The notes beneath the pieces are model-generated. The model had not been told where the DNA came from. It worked only from the letters and a program-made list of their open reading frames with translations, and ran no database searches. A program made the translations under genes and the position numbers. This document shows positions 50,212 to 59,900 of a DNA stretch of 64,000 nt, piece by piece (the stretch's first letter is position 1; every line of letters starts with the position of its first letter). The stretch is from a virus: IMG/VR virus record IMGVR_UViG_3300032315_001186, positions 1 through 64,000 of that record; one strand, written 5' to 3'.

Positions 50212-51402
50212 ATGGAAGTTGTAAAAAGAGACGGAACAAGAGAATATGTGAAATTTGAAAAAATTTCATCAAGAATCAAAAAGCAAACATATGGTTTGAA
50301 TGAAGATTATGTTGATTACTTTGAAGTATCAAAAAAAGTAATTGCTGGTTTATATGACGGAGTGACAACGGAGGAACTAGATCGATTGGCTGCGGAAACA
50401 TCAGCATCACTAGTAACTAATCATCCTGATTATTCTACCTTGGCGGCACGTATTGCGATTACGTCGTTGTATAAAAGAGTTGATAAAAGGTTCACGGCTA
50501 CAGCAGATAAGTTATATCATTACATCAATCCTAAAACAGGAGAGAAAGCGGGTATGATTTCAGATGAAGTGTACAAAGTAATTGTTCAACACGGAAAAGA
50601 ATTGGATGCGATGGTTGTCCATGATCGTGATTTTAATTTTGATTACTTTGGTTTCAAAACCTTAGAAAAAAGTTATCTACTTAAAATGTTTGGTGAGGTT
50701 GCAGAAACCCCCCAACATTTATACATGAGGGTTGCTGTAGGTATTTGGCTTGATAATTTGGAAATGGTACAAAAAACCTATGATATGTTATCACAAGGGT
50801 TATTTACCCATGCAACACCTACGTTATTTAATTCTGGAACCAAACGACCACAATTGAGTTCTTGTTTCTTGTTAGATATTGATGATGATTCAATTCCTGG
50901 AATTTACAAGACATTATCAGATTGTGCGGTGATATCTCAAAATGCTGGAGGTATAGGTGTAAATATTCACAAAATAAGAGCTAAAGGTGCTTATATTAAA
51001 GGAACCAATGGATCTTCAAATGGTATTATCCCTATGTTGAAGGTGTTTAATGAAACTGCCCGGTATGTTGATCAGTGTTTTGTTCCAGATACAAAAGTTA
51101 AAACAAATCTTGGTTATAAAAAAATTTCAGAGATTACTGTTGGTGATATGGTTTTGAATTCAAACGGTACTTACAATCCAGTATCAAATGTCAAGAAGTT
51201 CGAAAAGAATGAAAGAGATTTTATAACCATCAATTCTTCTATTGGTGAGAATACTGTAACACGAGGGCACCTATATCTTACAATAAAAAATGGTAAGAAA
51301 GATGAAAACTTAACATATAAAATTCAAAACAAGTTGGTAAAAGCGGAATGGGTTGAAGCTGAAAATTTGACAACTGAAGATATTTTGATTAAAATGAAAT
51401 AA
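50212..51402 (+). CDS. nrdA: Ribonucleotide reductase alpha subunit, N-terminal part (ATP cone) plus split intein N-fragment
   Basis: VVKRDG ATP cone, ATPTLFN, QLSSCF, NETARYVDQ, then CFVPDTKV intein start. Confidence 0.93.
   Translation: MEVVKRDGTREYVKFEKISSRIKKQTYGLNEDYVDYFEVSKKVIAGLYDGVTTEELDRLAAETSASLVTNHPDYSTLAARIAITSLYKRVDKRFTATADKLYHYINPKTGEKAGMISDEVYKVIVQHGKELDAMVVHDRDFNFDYFGFKTLEKSYLLKMFGEVAETPQHLYMRVAVGIWLDNLEMVQKTYDMLSQGLFTHATPTLFNSGTKRPQLSSCFLLDIDDDSIPGIYKTLSDCAVISQNAGGIGVNIHKIRAKGAYIKGTNGSSNGIIPMLKVFNETARYVDQCFVPDTKVKTNLGYKKISEITVGDMVLNSNGTYNPVSNVKKFEKNERDFITINSSIGENTVTRGHLYLTIKNGKKDENLTYKIQNKLVKAEWVEAENLTTEDILIKMK
51076..51399 (+). mobile_element. Split intein N-fragment (108 aa)
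   Basis: Block A CFVPDTKVKT..G.KKISEI.VGD.V; block B VTRGH; WVEAENL..ED. Confidence 0.88.
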
Positions 51403-51411
51403 TTTAAAACT

Positions 51412-51609
51412 ATGAAAAATACAAATATTCAATTAGACCATCAAATTTTAGATGGTGAAATCGAAAGTGAAATTGTTAATCTAAATTTAGATGAGATTGA
51501 GTTAGTAACTATAGACTCCATTCAGGAAACAAAAATAGATACTGAAGTATATGATTTGGAAATCGAGCAACTCCCAAATTATACTACAGATATAAGTTTA
51601 GTTCACAAT
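51412..51609 (+). mobile_element. Split intein C-fragment (66 aa, highly acidic), followed by Gly+1
   Basis: Block F EVYDLEIE..PNY, block G LVHN; next codon GGC. Confidence 0.88.
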
Positions 51610-54288
51610 GGCGGGGGTAGGAGAAAAGGTTCTATTGCGGTATATCTTGAACCTTGGCATGCAGATGTATTTGACTTTTTAGACCTTAGAAAAAACCATG
51701 GTAAGGAAGAAATGAGAGCTCGTGATTTGTTTTTAGCTATGTGGACACCAAACCTATTTATGGAAAGAGTTGAGAGTGATGGACTATGGTCTTTATTTTC
51801 ACCTGAGGAAGTGCCTGGTTTGATTGATGCATATGATACACCTGATTCGAAAGCTTTCACTGAGCTTTATACAAAATACGAACGGGAGGGTAGAGCCATC
51901 AAAACTATCAAAGCTCGTGAACTTTGGGAAAAGATTTTGGATTCACAAATCGAGACTGGTACTCCATATATGTTGTACAAAGATGCGGCCAACTACAAGT
52001 CTAATCAAAAAAATTTGGGTACAATCAAATCGTCAAATTTGTGTATAGCAGGAGACCAAAGGGTTGTGACTTCCCTTGGGTATTTAACTGCAAAAGAACT
52101 CAATGAAATTGGTCAAAAGTTGGAATTGTTTAACAATAAAGAAATGGTTTTATCATCTGAAATGAAGTTAAGAGCAGAACAGGAAGATGTATACAAAATC
52201 ATTTTAGAAAATGGGATGGAACATAAAGTGACACCATACCATGGTATTCCAGTTTTAAAATCTTCTCGTAAAATTGAAAGGGTTGAGTGTAAAGACTTGA
52301 GAGTAGGTGACGTGGTTATGGTACAAACGAAGAAAGGTTTATTTGGTACCAAAGAAATGATAGATGAGGCTTTTTTGTTGGGTATGTATCAATCAGATGG
52401 GACACAAAGTGAGGGATCAATTATGCTTGATTTGTGGGAAAATGATTTTGATTTAGTCGAGGATATAGAAAATAGACTTCAAAAATTGTATTCTAAATAT
52501 GAATACAAACCAAGATACTCGAACAAAGGAGGAAAATTCATAGATTGTACTGTTTCATTTTCACCTGTTAAGAAAAAGAGATTAACAACCGACTTTTTCA
52601 AAAAAACTTTCCCATTTAACAAAGGATATGTACCAAGTTGGATTTGGGAATCAAATGAAGAAACACAATGGTCATATCTAAAAGGTTTGTTCTATGCCGA
52701 TGGTTCAGTATTCGTTAGTAAATCGCGAGGTAACCCAATTCAATTGTGTTATGCCGATATAAATTTAGATTTTCTCAAAGAGCTACAACTTATTTTCAAT
52801 AATTTAGGACTTCAATCTTCCATTAGATTACTTACAAAGGGTGGGGATAGACTACTACCAAATGGTAAAGGAGGACAATCAATTTATAAAACCAAAGATT
52901 GTTATAGATTAATAATTGGAAATAAAAATGATGCTTTGATATTGAATACTAAGACTGGATTTTTAGACAGAAAAAATATTATCTTAGATGAAAAAGAATA
53001 CAGAGATAACACCAAAAAAGGTCATAAAGTTAAATCTATTGAGTATGTAGGTAAAGAGGATGTCTATTGCCCAACAATCAATAACGATGAACACCTTTTT
53101 GTTTCACAAGGAATGTTAACATACAATTGCACTGAAATTCTAGAATATACAGACAAAAACGAGATTGCGGTTTGTAATTTAGCGTCAGTAGCACTTCCTA
53201 AATTTGTGGACATTCCATCAGGAAAAGTACGTGAGAAAAACAAAAAGTTGCGGACTTACAACTTCCAAAAGTTATATGAAGTTGTTTATCAAATGACAAT
53301 TAACTTGAATCAAGTAATCGATATAAATTATTATCCTACAATAGAAACAAGAACTTCAAATTTCAAACATAGACCCATAGGACTAGGAGTGCAGGGTTTA
53401 GCGGATACTTTTGCAATGTTATCCCTACCTTTTGAAAGTCCTGAGGCTCAAAAATTGAATAGTGAAATATTTGAAACAATTTATTTTGCGGCGTTGTCAG
53501 CATCAAAAGATTTGGCAATAAAACATGGTCCATATGAAACATACGAAGGATCACCAGCATCATTTGGAAAGTTACAATTTGATTTGTGGGATGTCAGTAT
53601 GGAGAATCTTTCTGGTTTATGGGATTGGAGTACATTAAAATCTCAAATTGAAAAACATGGACTTAGAAATTCCTTACTTGTAGCTCCGATGCCTACCGCG
53701 AGTACCGCACAAATTCTTGGTAATAACGAATGTTTTGAACCTTTTACAACTAACTTATACAAAAGAAATGTATTAAGTGGTGAATTTGTAATCATCAATA
53801 AACATTTGGTTGAGGATTTGGTTAACCTTGGACTTTGGAACGATAGAATTCGATTGAAACTATTTGACGGAAATGGGTCAGTCCAAAAGATAGATGAAAT
53901 ACCATCTGAGATCAGAGAAGTTTACAAAACTGTTTGGGAAATGAAGGGTAAAACTATTTTGGATATGGCTCGAGACAGAGCAATTTTTATTGACCAATCA
54001 CAATCTCTAAATATTTTTATGCAAGATGTAACACAGTCTAAGTTATCTTCGGCACATATGTATGGATGGAAATTAGGATTGAAAACAGGAATGTATTATT
54101 TGAGAACTAAGGCTAAAGCTGCGGCGATCAAAGGATTGGGTGTTGATATGTCAGCGTTGAATACTCCAGAAATACAAGAAAGTTTCAAACCCAAACCACT
54201 CGAAAACAATAATTTGACATTGACAGAAGATATGATAAACAAAGTTTGTTCTTTAGATGATCCAAATTGTTTGACATGTAGTTCATAG
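51412..54288 (+). CDS. nrdA: Split intein C-fragment plus C-terminal part of RNR alpha, with a second internal intein
   Basis: VYDLEI...VHN|GGGRRKGSIAVYLEPWH; ETGTPY; SNL[intein]CTEI; AVCNLAS; PMPTASTAQI; KTGMYYLR; C-terminal CLTCSS. Confidence 0.93.
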   Translation: MKNTNIQLDHQILDGEIESEIVNLNLDEIELVTIDSIQETKIDTEVYDLEIEQLPNYTTDISLVHNGGGRRKGSIAVYLEPWHADVFDFLDLRKNHGKEEMRARDLFLAMWTPNLFMERVESDGLWSLFSPEEVPGLIDAYDTPDSKAFTELYTKYEREGRAIKTIKARELWEKILDSQIETGTPYMLYKDAANYKSNQKNLGTIKSSNLCIAGDQRVVTSLGYLTAKELNEIGQKLELFNNKEMVLSSEMKLRAEQEDVYKIILENGMEHKVTPYHGIPVLKSSRKIERVECKDLRVGDVVMVQTKKGLFGTKEMIDEAFLLGMYQSDGTQSEGSIMLDLWENDFDLVEDIENRLQKLYSKYEYKPRYSNKGGKFIDCTVSFSPVKKKRLTTDFFKKTFPFNKGYVPSWIWESNEETQWSYLKGLFYADGSVFVSKSRGNPIQLCYADINLDFLKELQLIFNNLGLQSSIRLLTKGGDRLLPNGKGGQSIYKTKDCYRLIIGNKNDALILNTKTGFLDRKNIILDEKEYRDNTKKGHKVKSIEYVGKEDVYCPTINNDEHLFVSQGMLTYNCTEILEYTDKNEIAVCNLASVALPKFVDIPSGKVREKNKKLRTYNFQKLYEVVYQMTINLNQVIDINYYPTIETRTSNFKHRPIGLGVQGLADTFAMLSLPFESPEAQKLNSEIFETIYFAALSASKDLAIKHGPYETYEGSPASFGKLQFDLWDVSMENLSGLWDWSTLKSQIEKHGLRNSLLVAPMPTASTAQILGNNECFEPFTTNLYKRNVLSGEFVIINKHLVEDLVNLGLWNDRIRLKLFDGNGSVQKIDEIPSEIREVYKTVWEMKGKTILDMARDRAIFIDQSQSLNIFMQDVTQSKLSSAHMYGWKLGLKTGMYYLRTKAKAAAIKGLGVDMSALNTPEIQESFKPKPLENNNLTLTEDMINKVCSLDDPNCLTCSS
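52042..53127 (+). mobile_element. Contiguous intein with LAGLIDADG endonuclease at the RNR active-site Cys (362 aa)
   Basis: SNL|CIAGDQ...VTPYH...FLLGMYQSDG...YLKGLFYADG...DVYCPT...LTYN|CTEI. Confidence 0.92.
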
Positions 54289-54322
54289 AACTACATCACA
54301 AAATTCAAGGTGGTATATTTAT

Positions 54323-54552
54323 ATGAAACCCATCAGTCTTCAACCGATGGAATAAAAGATGGGAATTGATTGTAAAAAAAACCAAATGAAAAACATCCAA
54401 ATTAAAGGATATAAACAAACATCGTCAGGAACTGACGATTACAGACGTGGAGATGAAATAAGACCAACTATTGTTGGTACAATCAATGAAGCGTCCAAAA
54501 TTCTGAACTTAGTTTCAGAATCCCAATCATCTTTAGTGGTTGGGTAGTTCAA
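54323..54552 (+). mobile_element. Non-autonomous IS200/IS605-derived mini-element (copy 2)
   Basis: 54374-54552 matches 42839-43017 at 174 of 179 nt by manual comparison; left hairpin more degenerate; ends GGGTAGTTCAA. Confidence 0.75.
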
Positions 54553-54556
54553 ACGT

Positions 54557-55018
54557 ATGGCTCAAGGAAAGACATATGGAATAAGTTTTCCATTCGTGGA
54601 TAGTATGAAAGGTAAGTATTTGGAGTTAACTGAATATGTTGCTGAAGAAATCCGAACGAATCTTATTCATCTTTTACTCACAAGAAAAGGTAGTAGATAT
54701 TTTCTACCGAATTTTGGGACTAGATTGTATGAATACATTTTTCAACCAATGGACGGACCTACCTTTTCTGAAATTGAATCTGAGATACGAGACTCTGTAC
54801 AACAATTTTTACCCAACTTACAAATCACAAATATAGTCATACAGGCAGCTTCTGATGAAGCTGCTGGTATGACAGTGACAACTGCGGGAAATGTGGTTAA
54901 TCCTGAGTTATCAATACCAAATCAAAATGTCTCAGAATATACAGCTAAAGTTAGAATTGATTACGCAATTTCTAACGATGTCTTTAATTCTAAAGATTTT
55001 GTAATTATTAATATCTAA
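54557..55018 (+). CDS. Baseplate wedge protein (gp25-like)
   Basis: IRTNLIHLLLTRKGSRYFLPNFGTRL..YIF.P. Confidence 0.88.
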   Translation: MAQGKTYGISFPFVDSMKGKYLELTEYVAEEIRTNLIHLLLTRKGSRYFLPNFGTRLYEYIFQPMDGPTFSEIESEIRDSVQQFLPNLQITNIVIQAASDEAAGMTVTTAGNVVNPELSIPNQNVSEYTAKVRIDYAISNDVFNSKDFVIINI

Positions 55019-55019
55019 T

Positions 55020-56861
55020 ATGGCTGAAAGAAAAATATCATACACTGCGAGAGATTTTGTAACTATAAGACAGGAACTCATCAATTATACAAGGACATAT
55101 TATCCTGAGTTAATTGACAACTTTAACGACGCTGCCGTATTTTCGGTATTTCTAGATCTTAACGCTGCGGTTGCGGACAATCTTCACTATAATATAGACA
55201 GAAGTATTCAGGAGACCGTACTTCAATTTGCACAACAAAGATCATCAATTTACAACATAGCAAGGACATATGGATTAAAAATTCCAGGTCAAAGACCTTC
55301 AGTTGCTTTGGTTGATTTTTCGATAACGGTACCTGCGTTTGGGGACAAAGAAGATGAACGGTACTTAGGTATTCTAAGAAGGGGAAGTCAAGTAATTGGC
55401 GCAGGTCAAATATTTGAAACGGTATATGACGTTAATTTTGCATCACCTTTCAATATTGATGGGATTCCAAATAGGTTGAAAATACCTAATTTCGACGTAA
55501 ATAATAATTTAATTAATTACACAATAACCAAAAGAGAAACTGTAGTTAATGGAATTACAAAGGTCTTCAAAAGAACCATTCTTCCAAATGATGTAACACC
55601 CTTCTTTAGTTTTTTCTTACCTGAAAAAAATGTCTTAGGAATTACATCGATGATACAAAAGCCTGGAACTGCCTATTCGAATATTCCATCGGATCAAGAA
55701 TTTTTAGGTGCTCAAGGTAGATGGTATGAAGTCCCAGCGTTGGCTGAGAGTCGCATATTTGTTGAGGATCCATCAAAACCATCCGATGATCCAGCAATCA
55801 AAGTAGGTGTATACATTGAAACTCAAAACAGGTTTATCACAGAATACACACCCGAAGGTTTTTATAAAATTACTTTTGGTGGAGGTACTAACACTGCGGA
55901 TGACCAACTTAGAGAATTTACCGCTTTAGATGTACCACTCAAGGTACAACGATATCAAAATAACTCACTAGCGTTGGGGGCTATACCACAAGCAAATTCG
56001 ACGTTATTTATTCAATATAGAATCGGTGGTGGACTTGGTACAAATTTAGGGGTCAATGTAATTAATCAAATTGGGTCTGTAAATTTCTTTGTAAATGGTC
56101 CATCTGAGACAATTAATACCCAAGTAATTAATTCTTTGGTTTGTAATAACCCAACTGCCGCTATTGGAGGTGCAGGATACCCATCGACTGAGGAGATTAG
56201 AAATTACGTAACATACAATTTTAGTGCTCAAAATAGAGCGGTAACAATCCAGGATTATGAAGCTGTCTTAAGAAATATGCCACCACAATTTGGTGCACCT
56301 GCAAAAGTTTCAATAACGGAAAATAATAATAAAATAAATGTTAGTGTTTTGTCTTATGATCAAAATGGTAAATTAATTCCTGAGGTATCTCAAACTTTGA
56401 AAAATAACATTGCGGAGTATCTTTCAAACTATAGAATGATAAATGATTATGTTACAATTGGCAGTGCTCAGGTTATTGACATTGCAATAGATACTTCAGT
56501 GGTCTTAGATGCGTCACAAAATCAAGGAGTTGTTATCACTAATATAATTGATAAGATCTCTACATTTTTCAGTCCCGCCATTAGAGGTATGGGACAAAAT
56601 ATAGTACTATCGGAACTTTATAGAATCATACAAAATGAAAATGGAGTATTGAGTATAAACGACATTTCAGTTTTTGGAAGAGTTGGTGGACAATATTCAT
56701 CCGCACAAACTTCAATGCCATACTCAAATTCTGAAACTAAAAAAATATCTTTGGTTGATAATACAATTTTCGCAGAACCAAATCAAATTTATCAAATCAG
56801 ATTCCCAAATAGAGATATTACTGTAAGAACCAAAAACTACCAGTCAATTATTTTGACGTAA
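55020..56861 (+). CDS. Baseplate wedge protein (gp6/J-like)
   Basis: YTARDF..IR, A..YG, ITFGGG, YRIGGG..TN, AQNRAVTIQDY. Confidence 0.85.
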   Translation: MAERKISYTARDFVTIRQELINYTRTYYPELIDNFNDAAVFSVFLDLNAAVADNLHYNIDRSIQETVLQFAQQRSSIYNIARTYGLKIPGQRPSVALVDFSITVPAFGDKEDERYLGILRRGSQVIGAGQIFETVYDVNFASPFNIDGIPNRLKIPNFDVNNNLINYTITKRETVVNGITKVFKRTILPNDVTPFFSFFLPEKNVLGITSMIQKPGTAYSNIPSDQEFLGAQGRWYEVPALAESRIFVEDPSKPSDDPAIKVGVYIETQNRFITEYTPEGFYKITFGGGTNTADDQLREFTALDVPLKVQRYQNNSLALGAIPQANSTLFIQYRIGGGLGTNLGVNVINQIGSVNFFVNGPSETINTQVINSLVCNNPTAAIGGAGYPSTEEIRNYVTYNFSAQNRAVTIQDYEAVLRNMPPQFGAPAKVSITENNNKINVSVLSYDQNGKLIPEVSQTLKNNIAEYLSNYRMINDYVTIGSAQVIDIAIDTSVVLDASQNQGVVITNIIDKISTFFSPAIRGMGQNIVLSELYRIIQNENGVLSINDISVFGRVGGQYSSAQTSMPYSNSETKKISLVDNTIFAEPNQIYQIRFPNRDITVRTKNYQSIILT

Positions 56862-56936
56862 GAATTCACTTATCGATTCGTAGAATTACATTTTGAAAAA
56901 TAGTAGTATTACTATTTATCAAAAAAAGACATTTTT

Positions 56937-59900
56937 ATGTCCAATAGTTACAGAATCAGAACCCAAGTAGGGGTAGACAAACAAATCAATATTCAATTGG
57001 ATCAAGATTTTGACCAATTAGAAATTTTATCTTTGAAGATTCGACAAGAAGAGGCATATCCACGTTTTTGTGCGGACTACGGAGTTGTTGCAGGGAGAGT
57101 TATTGTAAATGATGGATTTGGTGTTCCAAATGTTAAGATAAGTATATTTGTCCCTATAGATCAAGTTGACTTACAAAATCCAATAATATCAACTTTATAT
57201 CCGTATAGAGATGTAACAGATGTTAATGATGATGGTTATAGATACAATCTTTTACCCTATGATAAACAACATGGTGGTCACACACCAACAGGTACTTTTC
57301 CCTCGAAACAAGACATCATTACCAATCCAGCACTGATAGAAATATACGATAAATATTACAAATATACTGTTAAAACCAACGCTAGTGGGGATTTTCTAAT
57401 AATGGGGGTACCACTTGGTGAACAAAAATTGGTCATGGATTGTGATTTATCTGACATCGGACCGTTCTCATTAGCACCACAAGATTTAGTTGACATAGGA
57501 CTTGCAACACCTGAAGAGATAGACGGTAACAAATTTCCATCATCTAACAATCTAGACTTACTACCACAGATAATCAATCAAGTAAAAACAATTCAAGTTC
57601 AACCTTTTTGGGGTGATCCTGAAACCTGTCAAATAAGGATTACACGAGAAGATTTTAACTTACTTGATTCAGGAGTTAAAATTATACCTTCAGCCATTTT
57701 TATGGGATCTTTGTTTTCCAATGTAGATGAACAAAGCTTAAGTAAAAGATGTAGACCTAAAAATGGAATTGGTAAACTTTGTAATCTAACGAGTGGTCCT
57801 GGTGAAATAGTTGCGGTTCGTCAAACAATTTTCAATGATGAAAATGGGTATCCTATTCTAGAACAAGCTGAACTACCAAATGGTGGTAAAGTTATCGATG
57901 TTGATGGTACATTTGTTTTTAATGTTCCTATGAATATGGATTACGTAACAACTAACGAGTTTGGAGAACAAATCATTAGTTTGGATCCATCTGTCGGTAT
58001 TCCAACATCAGGAAAATATCGGTTCAAAATTAAGTATGATCAACCACCAACTTTTCAAAAAAGAGAAATACGAAGAGGTTATTATTTGGTACCAAATATA
58101 AAAGAGTATGGATGGTCTGTATCACAAACCGATCCTGCCTACAATATTAGTACTAACTCAACGGAGTATAAAAAATTCCAAAGTTCGTATTATTTTGGAC
58201 TAGATTGGAGTGGTTATACAAACGGATTTACAATAACTAACAATGAATTTATAGATAGGATGACCGAGATGGTAAATTGTCAAGACACATTTTATCAACT
58301 CAAATATAGAAAAGTTTACACAACTGCAGCCTTAATAGATAATTTTAAAAGTGGTGATTTTGTAAATAGATTTGTAGCCATCAAAGATATTACTGATGAA
58401 ACTTGTGAAGGTACAATCAATAAATTTCCATCGACCGATGCAAATTATAAATTTGATTTTATTTTTTTTGTTGCAAATATCTTATTAACTATTTTAGGTC
58501 CGATATTACTTGTCCTTATTGTTCAACTACATGTACTTTCATTATTACTAACATTCATCAGAGAATTTTTTATAGTTGTGTTGTTACCAGTACTTAAACT
58601 AGTTTACAGGTTATGTAATTGGGCAAACAAAATCGGGTTCAAGGTAAAATGTAAAAAACCACCATCACCATCAGAAATTAGGAAAAGATTTCCAGATTTG
58701 AAAAAACTTAAAATACCGATGTTAACTTATCCTGATTGTCAAGCTTGTGATTGTTCTAGTGATGATATATTAGGTGGTGGTGGATTTGATGATACAAGTT
58801 GTAATGCTGATTTGAACATTGCTGAAAATTGGACACAACCATACAATGCTGGACCAAATGGTGAAAGTATAGAATTCGATAAGATTCAATATATGTTTGC
58901 AGGATGGGGTTGGGATGAAGTAGAACCAAGAGGACATCCTTATGAACAGAGAATCCCAAAAGCAGAGATGGGAGGAAATTCATACAGAAATTGGTATTAT
59001 TATGTAAATTCGTTACCCCCATGGGAAACTATCAATATGTTTTCACTAAAAGGAAACTATTTTAATCACCCTAATGTGGGGGCTACGAGTGGAGGTATTA
59101 GTAGAATAGGTGTAACATTCAATCCAGATTTCAATGTTGGAAAACAACATTACGACAACGCAATTGCTCTAATAGTAGATGAACAATGTTTCACATCACT
59201 TTCAGGACAAACATTATTAACATTCCAAAACCCGAATTTATCTAAGGATATTAACGCAGTTAATGTTATATCAGGTGTAACTTATACAAATATAGATATA
59301 GAAGTAAATTATGCCAATTTTTCAAACACTAATTTACAAAACAGTTCAGTTAATTATAGGATTGGAGGAAATGCCCCATTACAAACGACAGATTCGAAGT
59401 ACTTTTTTCCTTCAGACTTGGAATACTTTCAGGTAATAACTGGAATGTCTTACAATCAGTTTGTTTCGTTAAACGTAACAAACAGCTCTTCTGGAGGTAT
59501 TAATTTTCTATGTTTTAATGTGACTTTTGATTTATTACCAGACCCAAATATTAATGTAAATGCACAAAATTACCAAACATTAAATGAACACACGATTGAA
59601 TATACGGATTGTTTTGGAGTTCAACAAATTGAAAGTTTAGTACCAGGACAATACTCAAGATGTGTCAGAACCCAACAAGGACAACAACCTCAAATAACAA
59701 ATCAATGGACTGATCCGGCTAATCACACACAACCAGGTAGTGCAATACCAATTTCACCGCAAATACTATTCACTACAAACTGTTCTAATCAACCCACTCC
59801 ACCACCTCAGAACGTATATGTACTGTCAGATAGTTTATACAAAAGATTGTCAAAACAATTTACTTTATATTGGGATCCTCAAGGGTTCCAAACAGGTGCA

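Noticed and set aside
51400-51411. Stop-codon reassignment or readthrough joining the two nrdA ORFs
   Set aside because: The stop is TAA, the commonest terminator here; TAG and TGA also end genes; the spacer resembles other SD-less leaders such as that of nrdB. A sequencing error remains to be excluded.
49237-54288. Eukaryotic virus origin suggested by eukaryote-like RNR and GT60
   Set aside because: Tail sheath, tube, baseplate and neck genes and operon-style gene packing indicate a tailed bacteriophage; Bacteroidota also have this RNR subtype.
54359-54547. 62 aa ORF as an independent protein gene
   Set aside because: Lies wholly within the repeated mini-element and looks like a tnpB C-terminal remnant overlapping the RNA scaffold; translation cannot be excluded but is unsupported.
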